From contig NC_000918.1 of NCBI RefSeq assembly GCF_000008625.1, positions 1,320,001 to 1,352,000 of the forward strand: DNA of 32,000 nt, read 5' to 3'. This DNA is from Aquifex aeolicus VF5. GTDB taxonomy: Bacteria > Aquificota > Aquificia > Aquificales > Aquificaceae. How positions within the stretch are numbered: position 1 is the stretch's first letter; every line of letters starts with the position of its first letter. The notes under the pieces are model-generated. The model had not been told where the DNA came from. It saw nothing but the letters and a program-made list of their open reading frames with translations, and made no database searches. Position numbers and translations under genes: made by a program. Below are positions 29,091-32,000 of this stretch, one piece after another.

Positions 29091-30040
29091 TAATCGTCCT
29101 TGGCGCATTAATCACGGTAGTTTCCCTGCCTTTTTTTTACTCAAAACTTAAAGAAAAGCAAAGGATAAGAGAGAACTTTTTTCGCAGGGCAAGGGATTTT
29201 GACCTGACAGAAGAAGAAGCGAGCGTTTTGTGGAAGTACGTAAAAGAAACCGTCCTTAACCCGAACCTTGTATTTGAAAACAAGGCTGTCTTTGAAAAAG
29301 TAGTTGATAGGATAGTTCAGAACGGAAATCCGGAAGAGATAAAACTCATTTCCAGCATAAGGATGAAACTGCGCTTTAGCTCACTTCCCTGGTTTATTCC
29401 TTTAACTTCCACTAGGGATATAGAGGTATACCAGACAGGTGTTCTTGTTGTAAGAAATAGAAGAGTAGACGCCTACGTTTACGACAAGGACGAGGAATTT
29501 CTTTACATAGCCCTCTTAGAACCCGTAGTGGTAAAGCCGGGAGAAAGGGTTTCCTTTTTCTTCCTCAGGGAGAACGACGCCAGATACAGTTTCGACGCTA
29601 CCGTAGAAAAAGTTTTCAACGAAGGAGGAAGGACGGTAATAGTGGTAAGACACACAAGCGAGATAAAAAGGATACAGCTAAGGGAAAGTGTAAGGTGGAA
29701 AGTGAAGCTCCCTGTAAAGTTTACCCTTTTGAAGGAAAACGGTGAGGAGATAAACGCGGAAGGACAACTGGAAGACATCAGCGTAAAAGGGGCAAGGGTT
29801 TGCTTTGAGGGAAGACTAGACATCAAAGAAGGCGACAGGATACTCCTTGACTTTACACTTAAAAACTATACATTTAAAAATTTGCTCGGCACGGTGGTAC
29901 ACCAGATAGTGTACGAGAAGAGAACGTGCCTGGGTATTAAGTTTGAAGAACTTTCTCGTAAGGAAGAGGAAGTTATAGGACAGTTCATTTTGGAAGAACA
30001 GAGAAAGCTACTGAAGGCTTACAAGGAAGGAGAGGTATGA
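29003..30040 (+). CDS. Membrane-anchored PilZ-domain (c-di-GMP-binding, YcgR-like) protein
   Basis: N-terminal [22 protein letters not shown]. PilZ motifs RESVR (29681-29695) and DISVKG (to 29791), fitting RxxxR...DxSxxG. The first 88 nt overlap the trxA tail. Confidence 0.78.
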
Positions 30041-31338
30041 GTAACAGAGTAGTCATTATCGGAAGACCCAATGTGGGAAAGTCCACACTGTTCAACAGGA
30101 TTATAGGGAAAAGATACGCCATAGTTGAAGACTATCCCGGCGTTACGAGGGACAAAATAGAAGCAAAGGCAGAGTGGGCGGGCAAAGAGTTCATAATAGT
30201 GGACACAGGGGGACTCGTTCCAGAAACGAAGGACGAACTCATCAGAGAAGTTAAAAAAGTTGTGGAACAGGAAATCCCGAAAGCGGACGTAATACTCTTC
30301 GTGGTGGATGGAAAGGAAGGGCTAAATCCTCTGGATCAGGAGATAGCAAAGTACCTTTACCCTTACGCGGATAAAGTTCTCCTCGTCGTAAACAAGATAG
30401 ACAACCTGAGGCAGGAGAAAAACGTAGCAGAGTTTTACACCCTAGGTTTTGAAAAGATTTTTCCTATATCCGCCCAACACGGAAAAGGGGTTGGAGAGCT
30501 TCTGGACGAGGTTGTAAAGTACCTCAAAGAAGAGAAGGTAGAGACTGTAGAAGAGGGTATAAAGGTAGCCTTTATAGGAAGACCGAACGTGGGGAAATCC
30601 TCGCTCGTTAATGCAATCCTCAAGGACGAGAGGGTTATAGTTTCGCCCATTGCAGGAACCACTAGGGACGCGATAGAAATACCCTTCAGGTGGAAGGACA
30701 AAAACTTCATTTTGATAGACACTGCCGGTGTGAGGAGACCCTCAAACGTTGAATACGGTATAGAGTTTTATTCCGTAGGGAGGAGTTTAAAGGCTATTGA
30801 CCTTGCGGATGTATGCTGTTTAGTCATAGACGCCTCGGAAGGTCCTACCCGTCAAGATAAGAGACTCGGAGGACTTATAGAGAGAAGGTATAAGGGTTGT
30901 GTCATAGTTGCAAACAAGATGGACATATCTCCATGGAGTGAAGAAGAGCTTGAAGGGATAATCAGAAAGGAACTCTTCTTTTTAGACTTCGCACCAATAG
31001 TGTTTACGGTTGCGACGAAGGGAAAGGGAGTTGAGGAACTCCTGAACTGGATAGACGTAGTTTACAAGGATTACACAAAACAACACAAGACTTCCTTTGT
31101 AAACCGAGCGGTTCACAAAATACTCTCTGAAAAACCGCCTCCTAGGTACAGGGGAAAGGAGGTAAAGGTTTATTACGCCTTTCAGGAAAGCACGAAACCG
31201 CCAACGATTGTTCTCATAACAAACTACCCTGACGCCTGGAAGGAAAACTACAAACGCTTTTTCATAAAGAAACTCAGAGAGTACCTGAACATCAAGTATG
31301 CCCCAATAAAGCTCGTGATAAAGGGAAGGGAAGATTAA
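30037..31338 (+). CDS. der: Ribosome-assembly GTPase Der/EngA (tandem GTPase domains plus KH-like domain)
   Basis: Two G1 loops ([12 protein letters not shown] and [12 protein letters not shown]), two DTGG/DTAG G3 motifs and two NKID/NKMD G4 motifs. ATGA overlap with the PilZ gene. Confidence 0.93.
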
Positions 31339-32000
31339 TTATTGATAACTCCTCACAAGGGAAAGGACTACGAGTTCCCAGCCGTTTGCGAGGACAAAGA
31401 GCATTATCTTAAAGGGGAGGGAGATGAGCTGGGGCGGTATCATGATTATCCCCATGGAAATTAAAATTGAAGCCACCACGAGGTCCACTATGAGGAAGGG
31501 AATGTAAAGGAGGAAGACTATCTCAAAGGCGGTTTTTAGTTCGCTCACCATAAATGCGGGAATTACGACTCTCAAAGGGATTTCGTGAGGTTCTTTTACG
31601 GAGTCCTTCGGGATTTTCGCTATACTCAGGAAAGCCTCTAAGGTTTCCTTTCTCGTGTGCTTGAGCATAAAGTCCTTGGCGTAAAACTCAACTCTTTTAA
31701 AGAACTCCTCATCGCTTATTTCCTCTCTTATGTAAGGCTGGAGAGCCTCTGAATTTATCTTGTCTATCGTAGGCTTCATTATAAAGAAGGTAAGAAAAAG
31801 GGAAAGGGCTATTATCACTTGATTTGGCGGTGCTTGGGGAGTGCCTATTGCCTGTCTCAGAAGTGATAGAACCACCACTAGCCTCGTAAAGGAGGTAAAC
31901 ATTATAAGGATTGAAGGGACGAGACTGAGGATAGTTAAGAATATCAGGAGCCTTATAGAATCTACTAAGTTCCCCTCACCGACTTTTAGTTCAATAGGAG
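31339..32000 (-). CDS. fliP: Flagellar export apparatus protein FliP, 5' end beyond the window
   Basis: TSFTRLVVVLSLLRQAIGTPQAPPNQVIIALSLFLTFFIMKPT is the FliP signature. The reverse frame stays open past the track's Met at 31902 to nt 32000 (...LTILSLVPSILIM...), so the true start is upstream of the window. Confidence 0.88.
   Translation of the reverse strand, partial: PIELKVGEGNLVDSIRLLIFLTILSLVPSILIMFTSFTRLVVVLSLLRQAIGTPQAPPNQVIIALSLFLTFFIMKPTIDKINSEALQPYIREEISDEEFFKRVEFYAKDFMLKHTRKETLEAFLSIAKIPKDSVKEPHEIPLRVVIPAFMVSELKTAFEIVFLLYIPFLIVDLVVASILISMGIIMIPPQLISLPFKIMLFVLANGWELVVLSLVRSYQ

Overview
This is a compact, gene-dense chromosomal window: about 38 CDS, with almost no intergenic DNA and many 4-40 nt gene overlaps. 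Coding strands are purine-rich (heavy GAA/AAG/GAG use). Several proteins look like Aquifex aeolicus or a close Aquificae relative. That call rests on memory of the 317-aa TilS, the 371-aa HD protein, Hfq and the rTCA-type SucD-like subunit. I could not run a search to confirm it.

Most genes are housekeeping:
- PmbA/TldD
- rsmH
- rplM-rpsI
- argC
- dnaN
- LOG-family protein
- sbcD
- tilS
- SucD/CcsB-like subunit
- nadA
- SpoU-type methyltransferase
- M28 peptidase
- ilvE
- folD
- GT2 glycosyltransferase
- gcvPB
- serA
- pyrE
- hflX-hfq
- trxA
- der
- fliP (partial)

I found no rRNA, tRNA, CRISPR array, transposase, integrase or obvious intrinsic terminator. Nothing here looks like a mobile or defence island, so claims of a novel system are tentative.

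The unexplained parts, most interesting first:
1. A tightly coupled four-gene block at 24366-28326: an unknown 309-aa protein, a 68-aa helical ORF overlapping it by 121 nt, a SAMHD1-like HD hydrolase, and a frame-split TgpA-like membrane transglutaminase.
2. A 2-TM sensor-like membrane protein followed by a protein with two tandem receiver-like domains, both carrying SFDK in place of the acidic pocket (1161-3004).
3. An antitoxin-less PIN-domain gene 12 nt downstream of a 2-TM coiled-coil protein with 21-bp tandem repeats (18336-19262).
4. An overlapping ArsR-thioredoxin-PilZ string (28376-30040).
5. A recurring arrangement of -10-like boxes 6-10 nt upstream of start codons that lack a Shine-Dalgarno, suggesting leaderless mRNAs.

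All functional calls come from motif recognition by eye.
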